A DNA stretch of 64,000 nucleotides from Atractiella rhizophila. Its lineage: Eukaryota. Position 1 is the first letter of the stretch; every line of letters starts with the position of its first letter. Below, piece after piece: positions 51,854-64,000 of this stretch. Under the pieces are notes generated by a model that was not told where the DNA came from, did not search any database, and worked only from the letters and a program-made list of their open reading frames with translations. The position numbers and the translations under genes were made by a program. The DNA lies in NCBI GenBank assembly GCA_021432655.1, contig MU271299.1:3545-67544 (forward strand), read 5' to 3'.

Positions 51854-53461
51854 CTTTCTCTAGAAGACGGATGGAGCTGCTGGATGGACGCGTGAGGAAG
51901 CCAAAAGGAGAATCGGGATCGCTGTGAGAGCGCGGACTCCTTTTATGCGACATTGTTCCTTGCGTTGGGACTGTTACCCCGCACCCCAGCCATCCCGGAA
52001 AGGCGGGATGCCGTTATAGACTTTGCAATGGAAGTTCAACGAGTTGTTGCGTTCAGGAGGAGGAGCAGACGTTTTTTTCCTCGAGCGCTGGGCATCAAAC
52101 GTCATGATGGCAACGCATGAATGTAGCTTTGGAAGCGCAATTAGATTTCAGGAGGAACTGGTACAAAGTTGATAACGTTGGTTGAACGACTTGTCAGTGC
52201 GACTGCTTCCCGAGCAGCCAGCAGTTACGCCACAATCATGTTGGCGGTATAGGAGTAAGCCAGATCCCAGGTTTAACATGCTCCATGGATGCAAAACTAC
52301 AACAGAGGAGGATGTTCGAACGTTCTGTCATTTCAAAATGTTGATTAGTGCAGTAAAGCACACAGAGAAAGGTCTTACCAACGACCTTGGAATGGCGTGG
52401 GTGATATTGAGAGAGTAATATCATCTCTCCCTTAATCAAGCATGGTAGCCCAAGCTATACAGCACACCTGAGTTGACGATGCAGAACAAGCGATGATTGC
52501 TTACCCAAAATAACCGAAAGCCTTTACGCAGACGAAACCAAAACAGACCATGCACATCACTCAGAGGTCTAAAGATACGGTTTCGAATGCCAACTTTGAA
52601 AAACAAACTGGCAAGCTCCCGTTAGATCATTCTTGCTTTGCTGCTTCACAAGAATAAAACGTACCAGCAACAGGACAAACAAAACGAGATAACTTAGAGG
52701 CTGAAGGACTGCTTCTGAGCGAGGACGAGGACGACCAATTCCGATGGACGCAGTGGATAGCGGATAGATAGAGGCAAACCTGTCCAGTCAAGACCTTTAG
52801 CCAACGACTGAAGGCGATATGGAGGAAGGACTCACGAAGCAACATAACAACAACAAGGTGAGGGCTGACGAGGTCAAGTCGAGATAGCAAACACCGAAGA
52901 TAGAGAAAGAAGAAAGCGAGTCGAGACAGCCTAAGGACGAAAGTAAGAAGACAAAATAGAAGCTACCGATCCTAAATGTGATGACCTGGCTGAGCGCTTT
53001 TATAGCCTATTTCGTTGGGAAATCTCTCGTACATTTACCATGACGAGCTTTACAGTGGGCACGAATTAGCCTGCATCACCTGAAGGTACCAATTACGGAT
53101 CGGCAAAACAGAAGTGAAGATGAGGGACAGACAAAGAGGAGCTTAAAAGGAGGTTTCCAAACATAGGGAAAATCTCCGGGCAAGATTAGGTTCGGGATGA
53201 GGTCATCAAGTCATACCGCCCAAATATACGTGTCAGAACGAGATGTACGAACTACGAACTCATATAGCATTTCAAACATGTCGCACAGGGCTCGTCCAGC
53301 GAAAGCAACGGAAGCTACATTTCGCCAAATAAGCCAATTTTAACTGGCGATTGTGGTCAGCTGACCCGATGCAAGGAAGTTCATCCATGAAGCCCCAGAT
53401 CGAGCAATACCGATCCATCCATTTGTTTGCATAACAGCTCGTTACCCCTCGAGGCACATAT

Positions 53462-54411
53462 ATGACAGATGTCGGTGGTTGGTTGGGTGACGAAGAGTTG
53501 ATCAGTTTTACGTTTAAGTTCGACGACGAGAAATATACAGCCCAAAAGATTACCCATATTGTTGTTGCTCTGCCCCATCGTGCTCAACGCAGGACGCTGG
53601 GGGGCCAAACAGGAATTTATCCAACCCCAGATCTGCACTACTTTTGGGCAATGAACAACGGTCACATCTCCCCAGAACCACCAAGCATGTTGGTACCGTA
53701 TGTAACTTGCAAAATTGACCCCGACATGAGCTTCATGAAGAGCAAAGAGAGGGACTATTTGGAGGTGACGATCAGAGAACTGGAGCCGGTCCATCACCGG
53801 AGAGTTCGTAGTCCATGTGTCTGCCACGAAAGCAACGGTTGTGTCAAACGTTTCCATGGCTCCTTTCTTGAGATATTCTCGTTAGGTGGGTCTAGCAACC
53901 TAAGACAAGCAACAACCCAGAATAACCTCCTTCATGAGTATATCTTCTGCGGAATGCTGACATGTTGTCAACCACTTGAACGGACGAACTGGCTGAACCG
54001 AAGCACAAGACGAAAGGGTGACATTTCGTATTACTTATTTTCATAATTTCTAATCCCTTCAGTTACGGGACACAAGGATGAGCCTACATATTTCCTTTAC
54101 ACGAGGTAAATCTCACAAAAGCAACAGAGGAACATAGGATGGAGAAAGAGGAGGAATTCGCGAGAAAAATAAAGGTTCTACTGTCTCTTCCTTATCGGCA
54201 GCCTCGATGGAATTGGTGGAAACAAGTTCACACTGCTATGAGTGAGCGCAAATGTGAAGGAACGCTAACGCCATTTAATTTGGACCTGATGTTAAAATTC
54301 AAGAAAACACAGTTCACTTTACATCATGAGTACTCCCCAACTCCAGCTAACTCGCCTCAATCCATCTTGATCATGATAGATAATATACACACAGAGACAC
54401 CGAATCCCTAG
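53462..54411 (+). CDS. Hypothetical protein or gene relic
   Basis: A 194-aa ORF plus a 90-aa ORF in the same orientation; no recognisable motif. Confidence 0.25.
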
Positions 54412-54650
54412 CTATCCCTCAGGCTCCCTTCAACTTTGCATTAACCCGTAATTTTCTACATCCTCACATTCATCCATCCCATACTCCGCGAACGTTGTGA
54501 TCCACAAGACAATTGGAGAATGGGTTGGTGGCGAAACTTAATCACATGACGTCTAGACACACGGAACCATTTTTTTCGCGTCCATAGGATTTTATCAATC
54601 CACCTCGAATTCGATCTCAGCTCAGCACAACGAGCACCAAGTTCATCAGG

Positions 54651-55224
54651 ATGTCAGGCAAACCGAGCACAAGTAGTATGAAGGCGCCCGCATCGAATGG
54701 AAAGAAGGTCGAAAAGGGCGTCAAGACAGAGAAAAAGGCGAGAACAGCAGAGGAGGATATCGACGCCATCTTTTCCACAAAGTCCTCCAAGTCTTCGAAA
54801 CGCACTGCTTCGACGCCTAGCTCTACATCTATACCATCAAAAGAGACAGAGAAGAAGAAGCGCAAGTCCTCTCCCGCGCCTGACGAACCAGCAAAGAAGA
54901 GGAAGAAGCAATTCGCCGCTCCTACATCTGCTTCGACCTCCCAGCCTAGGACCACCGCTTCCAAAGTACCTGAAGTTCTACAAGATCCTTCCCTCGCCCT
55001 CTCCACTGTTACACAGAAAGCGAAGCCAAAAGGGGAAGATATAGACCCAGAGGTAAATCGGAGGAGAACAGAGGATGGATTGAAAATTTATGCGATTGAG
55101 GAGCTTGGAATAGGGAAGGGTGGAGGTGTGTATCTTTCTGCCAGCTCCAACGGGAATGGAATAGTTAAGGATCGCGAGTATAGACACGGATCAGTGCCCG
55201 TTTGATTGTGATTGTTGTTTCTAA
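54651..55224 (+). CDS. DUF1764-family small Lys-rich protein
   Basis: EDIDAIF motif and spliced C-terminus RRTEDGLKIYAIEELGIGKGGDTDQCPFDCDCCF*. Confidence 0.88.
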
Positions 55225-56444
55225 TCTGTCGACAAGTCCGTCAGGAAACGAAGTTGTGTCCTTGACTCACTACAAGTGACGCAACGAAAGCCAAGGCCGC
55301 TGTTGAGTCTGCTCATTGGTGAGGCATTGTCACTGCGGCATTCCCTGAAGAGAAAAGCCCTTTCTTTATCGACGCAAGAGGAGAATCTCTCCAATTCTTT
55401 AGACCACAATTCGTTGGCTGTTAGAACGTTTTGCTACCTGCCGTGCTCGAGATGCTGCGTCTTTTCCCGTTGTTCATCCTCTTCCGTGAAAAGAGATACC
55501 TATTTTGTTCACCTGTCTCTGCTTTGGATGGCTCTGGATCTATCTTGCTCACGGACTATTGATCTTAGAAAGTTCTGGTCTGCTGGGCTCCGCTAGCTGC
55601 AGACACGACATGCATAGTCGTGGACTGTAGGCAGGAGAAGGAATGCTGTATTGACTGTGTGCAGAAAGAGGCGCGAGAAGGAGCAGCATGCAAAGGCAAA
55701 TGTATTGTGGTGAGCGTACTCAGAGCCACGAAGAATAGATCAGAAGGAAAGCAGGGTGCAAAAAGCACGCGAAATCACACATGCGCCGACGACGCCTCGA
55801 AAACAGCCAAGTCCAAGCTAGTCGAGGTAGATGTGGATCTGATCCTCGAGTTTACATCTGTTTGTGAGAACTTCGTGTGAGTTCAAGACATTTCCCACTT
55901 TATTGTCCCCTGTCCACTCAGTGCTCATCAGTGTGTCCAGTCAGCTAATGTTCATACATTCGTGGAATGTTGATGGTGCTCTCAGAAATATCGTTTACAA
56001 TGCTCTGAAGATAAAAATGGCTGCTCATTCGTGATTCAGGCGTCGCGGTGGACGGAGAAGTGACTGTATAAGCGTATATCCGCGAATTGATTGCCAAGCA
56101 TTAACCTTTTCAAACAAGATAAATGCACAGGATCACATGCAGGCTAAATTCCCGAATAGGCGATCCTTCCTTTGTTTGTCTCCTAATCTCCCACTTGATC
56201 GAACTATTAAACCCCATGGCTGATGTTGCAATTCCCCTTGCCTTGCGATCCCAAAAGGCGGTTTAAAAGGATCCTCTTTGTTTCTTTACCCCAGCCAGGA
56301 CCCTGGAATCCAGCAGAGTACCTTGATCGCCTTCGTGTCCTTTGAGGCTGAATCGGTACAGCTCAGTCGTGTTCTTCGAAAATACCAGTGCAGTAGGACT
56401 TTATAAACAATCACTGCGAGTAGAAGAGCCTTCGCCGACGATAC

Positions 56445-56882
56445 ATGAAAAGCATGGCTGCATCTGATCTCTTGTGCGCTCCTTCTTTCCTCCCGCCCCC
56501 GAGACTGACAAAATCATGGCCATAGGCCGCCAGACTTCATCGGGTGTGTCTCGACGAATAACTATACCCTAGCGACATGCTGTCAAGTAGGAGGTTCCCT
56601 TCCCGCCTTCGTAAACGGCAGTACGTCCTCCCTAACAGCCAACGCCTCAACCTGACTCTATCAAAAGCGTTCGGCTGTCCTTTCCCTGACCAAAGGCGTT
56701 TCCGCACCTGTGCTAACGGCTACGCCACCGCGACGAGTGCTTGCTCAGACTTCCCTACCGAAACGTATGGCGCAGGGTCTAGTGCGAACAGCCAGTCAGC
56801 AGCAACTTCTCCTAGGAGAACCATACCTTGGAAGGTGATGGTTCTCGGTGGAGCCATGACGCTAGCCCTCGCCCTTCTATGA
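56445..56882 (+). CDS. Small Cys-rich protein with hydrophobic (GPI-signal-like) C-terminus; start uncertain
   Basis: Spliced FIGCVSTNNYTLATCCQVGG...FGCPF...TCANG...ACS followed by a Ser/Ala spacer and VMVLGGAMTLALALL*. Confidence 0.45.
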
Positions 56883-57449
56883 TCCAGCCTACGGCGCCTA
56901 CGTCCTTCACGTTATGTCCTTCACATCCCTCTTGCCATTTGGCCATCTTCAACCACGAACGCCGTCGCCTAAAATAACCTTTCCTCCTCGATAAACCACC
57001 TTCTCCATTCCCCTCCATAGCGAGGCTTGATCCTCTTCTACAATCCGTCCTCCGGCTCCAACTTCAGTTATTCGCTTTCCAATTAGACTTCATTTTCATC
57101 TCTAACACCGTAATGATCTCCATACGATCTATCATCCACTCGCTACGTCCTTCCGAGAGCGTCCACCGTTGCGTCTATCCTACCTAGCTTTGTCCGCATG
57201 CGTTCGGCTGCCATGATTCTAAGGTGAAATTATGATGTTGTACGATATCGATATCCTATCATATACGAGTTATCCCTTCTTCTGCTTTACGTCTGCAGTG
57301 CTTTAACTGCTGATTCGTTTGAGTTTGAGTTTGAGTTTGAAGTAGGTACCACAATCTGACCGCCCGTTGCAATGCATCTTCTATTCTTTTTCGAATGTGG
57401 TATATGTACAGATACTACTAAATACTTGGCGGCAAAGTATAGATGTGAA

Positions 57450-59201
57450 TGACGGAAAGGTGTCAATCCAACCCCCATCCAACACCGATCTTCATCCGAC
57501 ACCAAACCCCATCCAACACAGTTTCTCCATACTCCTTCGGATAATTCTCCTGGACTTAGATTGGAAATGCCTGTCACCATTGCAAGGGTTCTCGACGAGG
57601 CGATACTTCCTGTCGGTACGGAACTTCGTGCTGTAATCGATCCAACACGCTCCACTAGCCCCGAAACCTTCAGGTCAACCTATGCCGTCCATAGACCCTA
57701 CCACATCCGCTATCATCCAAGCTTCCTTGAGACTATGTGTCAAGCAACTGACACAAGCTTGGGTTCTAGACAGGCATCAGATCAGCTGTCGCTTGATATT
57801 GGGCTGTTCCTCCGCACTATTGCTAGAAAGCCGGTGGGAGACGAGACCGTTGCCAATACGAACGCGTTCGGTTTCTGGGCTGAAGCTGTAATGGCGGCAT
57901 ATAAAGATGCAACATCGACTGAATTAACCATGGAACGAGACCCCACCAGCTTTGGTACCCGGAGTGACGGCAGGCTAATGCTTGATCAGACAACGAAAAT
58001 CCAAATCGAGCTCAAAGGTGTCACTGTCTCTACTACCTTGGGGGATGAGATTGTCGCCATGGGGAAGAACGAAAATGGAGTCGGGACTGATTTGTACTCT
58101 GCTGGTGACGGAAAGGAAGAAGGAGCACGTTCCATAGTCACTACAGTATGTCCAGTCCATCCTTTTGCCAGTTCCTCACTGTGTGCAAGCTTGGGAAAAA
58201 CATGGCTATAAACGGTGCTCCTTTCGGCCTACTCTTCGGGGGGAAAACCTTCCTGTTTTTCCAACGAGTCATTACGGCCTACGGATTCTACCTATTGTGT
58301 TCCGACCAGTATGATGTCGTTGGACATCGAGTTATCAAGACGATGGTTGGGATGTGCTTAGACAATTTGGATCTTCCTCCAGTCACAGATCACCCTCCCC
58401 TCCCACCCAAGTGTCTCAGTCAGTAATGCAGAGTGGATCTTCTATAACCACCCTTCCGGCTCGCAATTGTGATGGGAAGAAAGGCATGACAGCCAAACAA
58501 GGAGCAGGGACACGAGTAAGTGGTCTAATTGTGCTACACAGTCGTTAACCACAACTTAGCCGGATTTGGATGTGGTGTTTACCAAGTCTGTCCTCAACTC
58601 TAAGCTTTACCCAGTTTATGCCATCGGGACACCAGTTCGTCACTGTCCATTAAGGTTTTTACGCTGATGCCTTTTCTAGTCGGAGCCCTGTAAGTACTTT
58701 GACGGTTTGTGAAAGATGCAAGATCCTAGTCAATCAAATATGGACTGCTTTCGACAAGAAGTAGAGGCATATGAGTGGCTTTCTAGTCTACAGGGAAGGC
58801 ATATCCCTCAAGTTTATGGAAGCTACGAAGGAGTGGAGGAAAGGTTTGGGAGGAAGGAGAGATTTGGGATCATTGTGATGGAAGTACTGGCAGGAGAATT
58901 CAAGGAGGACATCAACGTGGTGCATCTGGAAGCTAGGTAAGATTGTCCTGCGGAGTTGAGCTATATTTGATGTGGGGTGATTAGGCAAAAAGCCCTTGTG
59001 GCAGTGAAGAAAGTGCACGAAATTGGGGTGCTTCATGGCGATATTCGAATACAAAACTTTTATTTCAGCTCAGAAAAGGTTTATGTCATTGACTTTTCAC
59101 ATGCGCAAGTTCAGAAACACAAGATGGAGATGAACTATGAGGAGGAGAAAGCGAAAGTCTGTCTGGGACTAGGTGAAGCTACCTCTGCAAGAAGAAATTG
59201 A
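57450..59201 (+). pseudogene. REase-like + atypical kinase fusion, possibly disrupted
   Basis: RSDG...IQIELK nuclease motif; kinase QEVEAYEWLSSLQGRHIP, HGDIRIQNF and VIDFSHA. A stop at 58424-58426 and an apparent 1-nt shift at tttgtgaaagatg (~58707-58719) could not be resolved by splicing. Confidence 0.6.
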
Positions 59202-59471
59202 CTTTCAGGTTCGTCAAACCATTGTTCTGTATTGTTCTGTGTTACATCCTAATCTGCAGATCATCAGCTTTCCAATAGAGCTGCCCATCGCTCCAACTAC
59301 GACAAAAAGCAATTAAAATTCAGAAGCAGGAAATAAGGAAAACCGAATGATATTTGTGCAGAGAACTGCATCGACAAATTCCAGAGGGTGTCACAAGCCT
59401 ATCATAGCTCCATAGAGTTGTTGTTACCAGATCGCTATGGGGATCTCGTTATGTTCTATGTGATAGCCACT

Positions 59472-59962
59472 TGGTAGGGCGGACACTATGTGCGGTCGCT
59501 GACAAGCGATGCGTCTGTAGTGGAGGTAAACCTAAGCGAATAGTATGGCATGAGGAGACTAACCTGTAGTGGAGGTAAACCTAAGAGAATACTCTGAGGT
59601 CACCACCACTACATCTGGATGTATATATACATATGTAAAAGCACTGCCATAAACTGTAACATACGTCTCTTGAAACATGTAAGATAGCTAGATCAGGAAA
59701 GCAATAAAGGGAATACTCGGAAATAAGACATACTGAGCAGTACAAGTGAGAAAGGACAATAAAGCAATAATGGAGACGGTGCAGACCGGCAAAATGTGTA
59801 AGGTTTGCTGAGCGGCGATTCGTGTGAGATAGGGGAAGGCGGCGATCAGTACGAACGTGAGCAAAGCAGCAATGGGCAGGCACGTGATCCTATGACGTGG
59901 TGAAAGTAGGTCACGTGACTTCAAATGGTGTATTTCGGTAATGTGTAGGGGCAAGCCTGACA
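59472..59962 (-). mobile_element. Solo LTR with 5-bp target-site duplication
   Basis: TG...CA ends (tggtagg...cctgaca); CCACT on both flanks (59467-59471 and 59963-59967); first ~150 bp homologous to the LTR at 61575. Confidence 0.9.
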
Positions 59963-59967
59963 CCACT

Positions 59968-61574
59968 GTTTCCCCTGTTATTTTCATTTTCAGTCTGCTG
60001 AAATATGCATGAGTCTGCTCTATATGCGATGAAATCCATATTAATCTTTGCTTTCCAACTATTCAACCACACCATGGCGGCATGTGCTCTGCATTGTCCA
60101 TTTTCCTTATTTAATGCCCCCATAATGTTGGCCTTGAGTTCATTCAGGAGGTCAATGACATGTTGGAAAGTCTACCTAACAATTTTTAGCCAGGACAAGC
60201 ATCTGCCCACATCCCTTGAGGGTTAGGATGGAGGTGGAAACAACACCAACAGGAGAGGGCAGAACGGTCCAAGTCCAACAAAGTGGGACTCCAAAGCAAG
60301 CCAAAGACTAAACCCTCCCAGTGTAGCTTGTCCCTTTTAATAAGTCCCTCTCAAACACTTCCAACAGTACATAATGAGGAGCAGGAGGGGGAGGAGAGAT
60401 AAGAGAGTGTGAGATAAGGGGTTCTGCCAGAAGATAAGACTGGCTAGGTTCTGTTTTGCTAGGGCTTCTTCAGTTCTGGCGATGGTGGGGGCTCTTTGAG
60501 GGCGGTCTTAGTGGTTTATAACCTGCCTTAGCCACTGGTATGGTTCAGCATCATCTTCATCTATCTATGGCTTTTCACCGTCCAGTCCGTCATTTTCGAC
60601 CCAGAGACACTGTCACGTCACCCACACCCTCATCAAGACCTAACCTCCTTTGCCGTTGATGAGGCCGTTGACAGCTTAAGATGGGCAGTTGGTGGACAGT
60701 ATGAGCAGTATAAATTTTTTTTTTGATGAGGAAATGCTTTTTACATACAAACCTGCACTGAGTGGCATAGGAACAGTGTGGAGCTCCATTCTACCAACAA
60801 TACCCACTAAAACCTCACATGTGATCGCCTTGCCTCTAAGCTTCAGCTAAATGGTATCCTAATCTCCTTGTGTGAAGGCTACAGATCTCGGGCACATTGA
60901 AAACGTGTTCGCCAAGAAACATGGGAGGCTTGGCACTATCACAGCATCTCACCTGTGTACTGTGTGTCCACAGTCCACAGTGGTACCGACAATGTCCGGA
61001 GGGGTTTTTCACCCTCAGCTACTGACATCAGTGTCACAACTGGTAAACAGGGCTGTGACTGGACCAATGCCTGATGAGGCCATCATAGTTGTATTTTGTA
61101 CTTGGGTTTGACAAGGAAGCCGCTGCATTTGTGACACTGGAATATACGATCGCCAGCTGAATCTTCACACCATCACCGAAGCTGAGCGCTTCAAAAGCTG
61201 GGGATTATCTTGCAGCAACATTTGATTGTCGCTTTCCTCGTGGCATTGAATTACCAGTTTCTATCCATGACCCCTCAGTATCCATTCCTGTAAAACTGTG
61301 GTGAAGTTAAGATGATTATTCACATCTGTTTTAGGCTCTTCTTCGACAGATGAATGCTCATGATCCTTACACCTGCCATCACATACTCGCAATTGAATGT
61401 TTGAATGAAAAATTAAAGTGACACCATGTACCTCTTCTGCTTGGCCCATCACCTGCTTTTGCCTCTTTTCTTCTCCTTCTCCTTCTCCCTCATTCTCTGG
61501 CTCCTTATCTTTGTAGTGCCACCATCTCCTTTCCTCATCTCCTTCAGTGCATCCACAGTAGCACGGTTCATCTC
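59968..61574 (-). other. CpG-depleted, stop-riddled coding relic (probable old transposon)
   Basis: Scarce CG dinucleotides; broken minus-strand frames with Cys/His clusters; interrupted by both LTRs. Confidence 0.4.
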
Positions 61575-61965
61575 TGTTAGGGCTGACACTATGTGCGGTT
61601 GCCGACGGGCGATGCGTCTGTAGTGGAGATAAACCTAAGTGCATGATATGACATGAAGACTAACCTGTAGTGGAGATAAACCTAAGAGAATACTCTAAGG
61701 TCACCTCCACTACTCTCTGATGTATATATACAAGCGGAATAACACTACCACAGAGCGTAGAGGAGGGCAGATGAAACATGTAAGAGAACTAAAAGGGGAA
61801 GTGACAGTGGGATTATGCGGAGTTAATAAGAGGAGGATAGGCACAGTTGGGCTAAGTGGTGATGTAGGTGCAAATGGGCGAACAGGCGACGACGGGAGAC
61901 GCAGTGGCGACGGGAGACGCAATCCAGCGAACGCGCGCCGATTTGCGTAAAATGCAAACCTGACA
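61575..61965 (-). repeat. LTR adjoining the copia internal region
   Basis: tgttagg...cctgaca terminal inverted ends, a duplicated ctgtagtggagataaacctaag unit and a TATA-like tract. Confidence 0.85.
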
Positions 61966-64000
61966 CGAAGTCTGAGTCGGAATAACCTGTGAGTCCTTCT
62001 CCATCGCTTCGATACGTGATTTTGAAGTGTGAGGTGCCTCGTAGGTATCTGAAGATTCGTTTGACGGCTTTCCAGTGAAGCGACGAGGGATTTTCGGCGA
62101 ACTGGGTGACTTGAGTGACGGCGAAGGCGAGGTCGGGTCGAATCGTGATCATGAGGTACAGAAGAGATCCAATTGCCTCTCGGTAACGACCAACCCACGA
62201 CTCAGGGATTCCACCTTCCTCTTTATCTTCCTCCGTCGCCGGCTCCAGCTTTCCTCCAATTTCGAACGGTGTTGCAACTGCTTGCAGTTCTGCATTCCGA
62301 ATTTCTCCAACAGCCGCTCGATGAAAGCCTCTTAATCGATGGAGATTCCATTGTCGGACTGGGTGATCCGGATTCCTACAAAGTGCGTAGCTCTCCCTTT
62401 GTCCTTCAACTTGTAGTGTTTCTCAAGTTCTTTCTTGACAGGTTCAGCATCTTCGTCACTTTCGGCCATAATTGCGAAGTTGTCGACGTAGACTCCGACC
62501 AGTACATATTTTCCTGTCTTCTCGTCTTTCTTCGTATAGATAGTTGATTCTGACTTGGATTGCTTGAAGCCCATGCTCTTCAACTTCTCATCGGCATCCC
62601 CATTCCAAACTCGACTGCTCTGATGGAGACTGTAGACGCCTTTCATAACTTTGATGACCCAATCAGGATGCTCAGGGTCTTCCCAGCCAGGAGGTCGACG
62701 AAGATAGACAGGTTTGTCGAGTTTCCTGTAGAGATACGCTGCTGAAACGTCGACCATGTGGACAGGCCACCGGTTCTTCCCTCCGATGGACAAGATGAAG
62801 CGAAATGACGGCATGGAGAGGACTGGGAAGAAAGTTTCGTCATAGTCGACGCCCTCGCACTGCGTGAAGCCTTGAGCGACGACTCTTGCACGAAATCGGA
62901 CGGTTTCTCCCCCTGGACCTAGTTTCTCCCTCAACACCCATTTCGAACCGATCACGTTCTCCCCCTAGGAAGCGGCACCATCTCTCCAACTTCCCTCTCC
63001 TTCCACGAACTCCTCTCCTCGTCAAATGCGTCCTGCCACTTGGAGGCGTCTGGACCATTAACGGCTTCTTCGTACGACGGAGTGAGGTTGCGAGTGGGGC
63101 TGGCGATGGTAATGTGAGCCACAGCGTCGGAGAGAGGTGAGTCTCCAAAATACTTTTCTCTGTTCTCTCTCTGAGCTTCTGCAGGAGAACAACGGGCTCG
63201 CTGAGAGCGTTTGCGGGGCGGAGGTGGGTCAGGTTTCACCTTCGACGGCGCCTCAGTGGGTCTCTCCCCCTCTTTCTGTTCCTCTCCCTTTTCTACCATG
63301 TCTGATGTCTCTTCGGGAGCAGGAGGATCCAGCACTTCGTTAGTTTGGACTTCGAGAGATTGAAGGAGGGTCGGAGGGTGAGTTTCGTCGAATTGGACAT
63401 GGAGGTGTTTGGTGACTGACCCGTTTTTGGGGTTGTAGATGTGATAAGTCTTGCTCTCCCAATCATAACCGATCAGTCTCCCTTCCCACAAACGCACATC
63501 CAGCTTCTGCCTGTTTGGCTTAGGAGGAACCAGGCTGTAAGTTCGACATCCCAGGACTTGCAAGTGCTCCACTGACGGCTTCTTTCCAGTCCAAGCCTCG
63601 AACGGCGTCTTGCCTTCGAGTGCGACGGTTGGACGGCGATTTAGGAGGTGAATTGCGGCGACAGCGAGCTCTCCCCACAGCTTCTTGGGGAGATTGGAAG
63701 TGTGGAGGGTAGAACGGATGAGGGAAGCGATGGAGAGGTTGAGACGCTCCGTGACGCCATTCTGCTGCGGAGTGTAGGAGGCAGTGTGCTCGTGCTTGAT
63801 GCCATGAGACTTCAGGTACGTCTCGAACTCGTTGCTGGTGTACTCCCCGCCATTATCTGACCTTATCGCATTGATCTTTAGGCCGGTCTCGAGCTCGACG
63901 TTGGCTTTGAACTCCTTAAAGGTGGAGAAGACATCAGATTTTCGCTTTAGAAGGTAAATCCACTTTCTTCGAGTCGCATCATCTGTGAAGCTCACCCAGT
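61575..64000 (-). mobile_element. Ty1/copia LTR retrotransposon, defective; continues beyond the window
   Basis: Integrase (RSDNGGEY, TPQQNGVTER) precedes RT (RARVVAQGFTQ, DVSAAYL, YSLHQSSRVW, RPDLAFAV). It carries frameshifts, YVDD changed to YVDN, and is cut at the RNase H start YSDSDF. Confidence 0.95.

Noticed and set aside
51990..52011. gcatcccg/cgggatgc hairpin as a terminator
   Set aside because: An isolated 8-bp stem in a eukaryotic promoter region with no U-tract or other support.
57318..57340. (tttgag)n hexamer repeat
   Set aside because: Ordinary short microsatellite.
59472..61965. The two LTRs as ends of one element (TRIM/LARD)
   Set aside because: The first LTR has its own CCACT TSD on both sides, and the two differ over most of their length.

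Overview
Eukaryotic, intron-rich fungal DNA (short ~45-60 nt GT-AG introns; basidiomycete-like by gene content, species not determined). Housekeeping genes: MTAP, NASP/Hif1-type chaperone, intradiol dioxygenase, two VOC/glyoxalase paralogs, SLC35F/DUF914 and MFS transporters, GCV1, importin-beta-4, a DHTKD1-type E1 and a DUF1764 protein. These alternate with fast-evolving islands of conflict-type genes: a Crinkler-header/REase/kinase gene, a three-copy REase-kinase tandem array, a family of apparently inactive REase-fold genes with a recent segmental duplication, and a further REase-kinase. The top candidate for a new system is a head-to-head pair at 29961-35013. One gene encodes an MLKL-like four-helix bundle + pseudokinase + Sel1-like tail; the other encodes a catalytically intact kinase. 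This resembles a RIPK3-MLKL necroptosis-like module and sits between a decayed copy of the GCV1 5' end and intact GCV1. Several oversized introns hold structured RNA or snoRNA candidates. The window starts in hairpin-module repeats and ends in a solo LTR with a 5-bp TSD plus a decayed Ty1/copia element. Gene models were spliced by eye; family calls come from motif recognition, not database searches.
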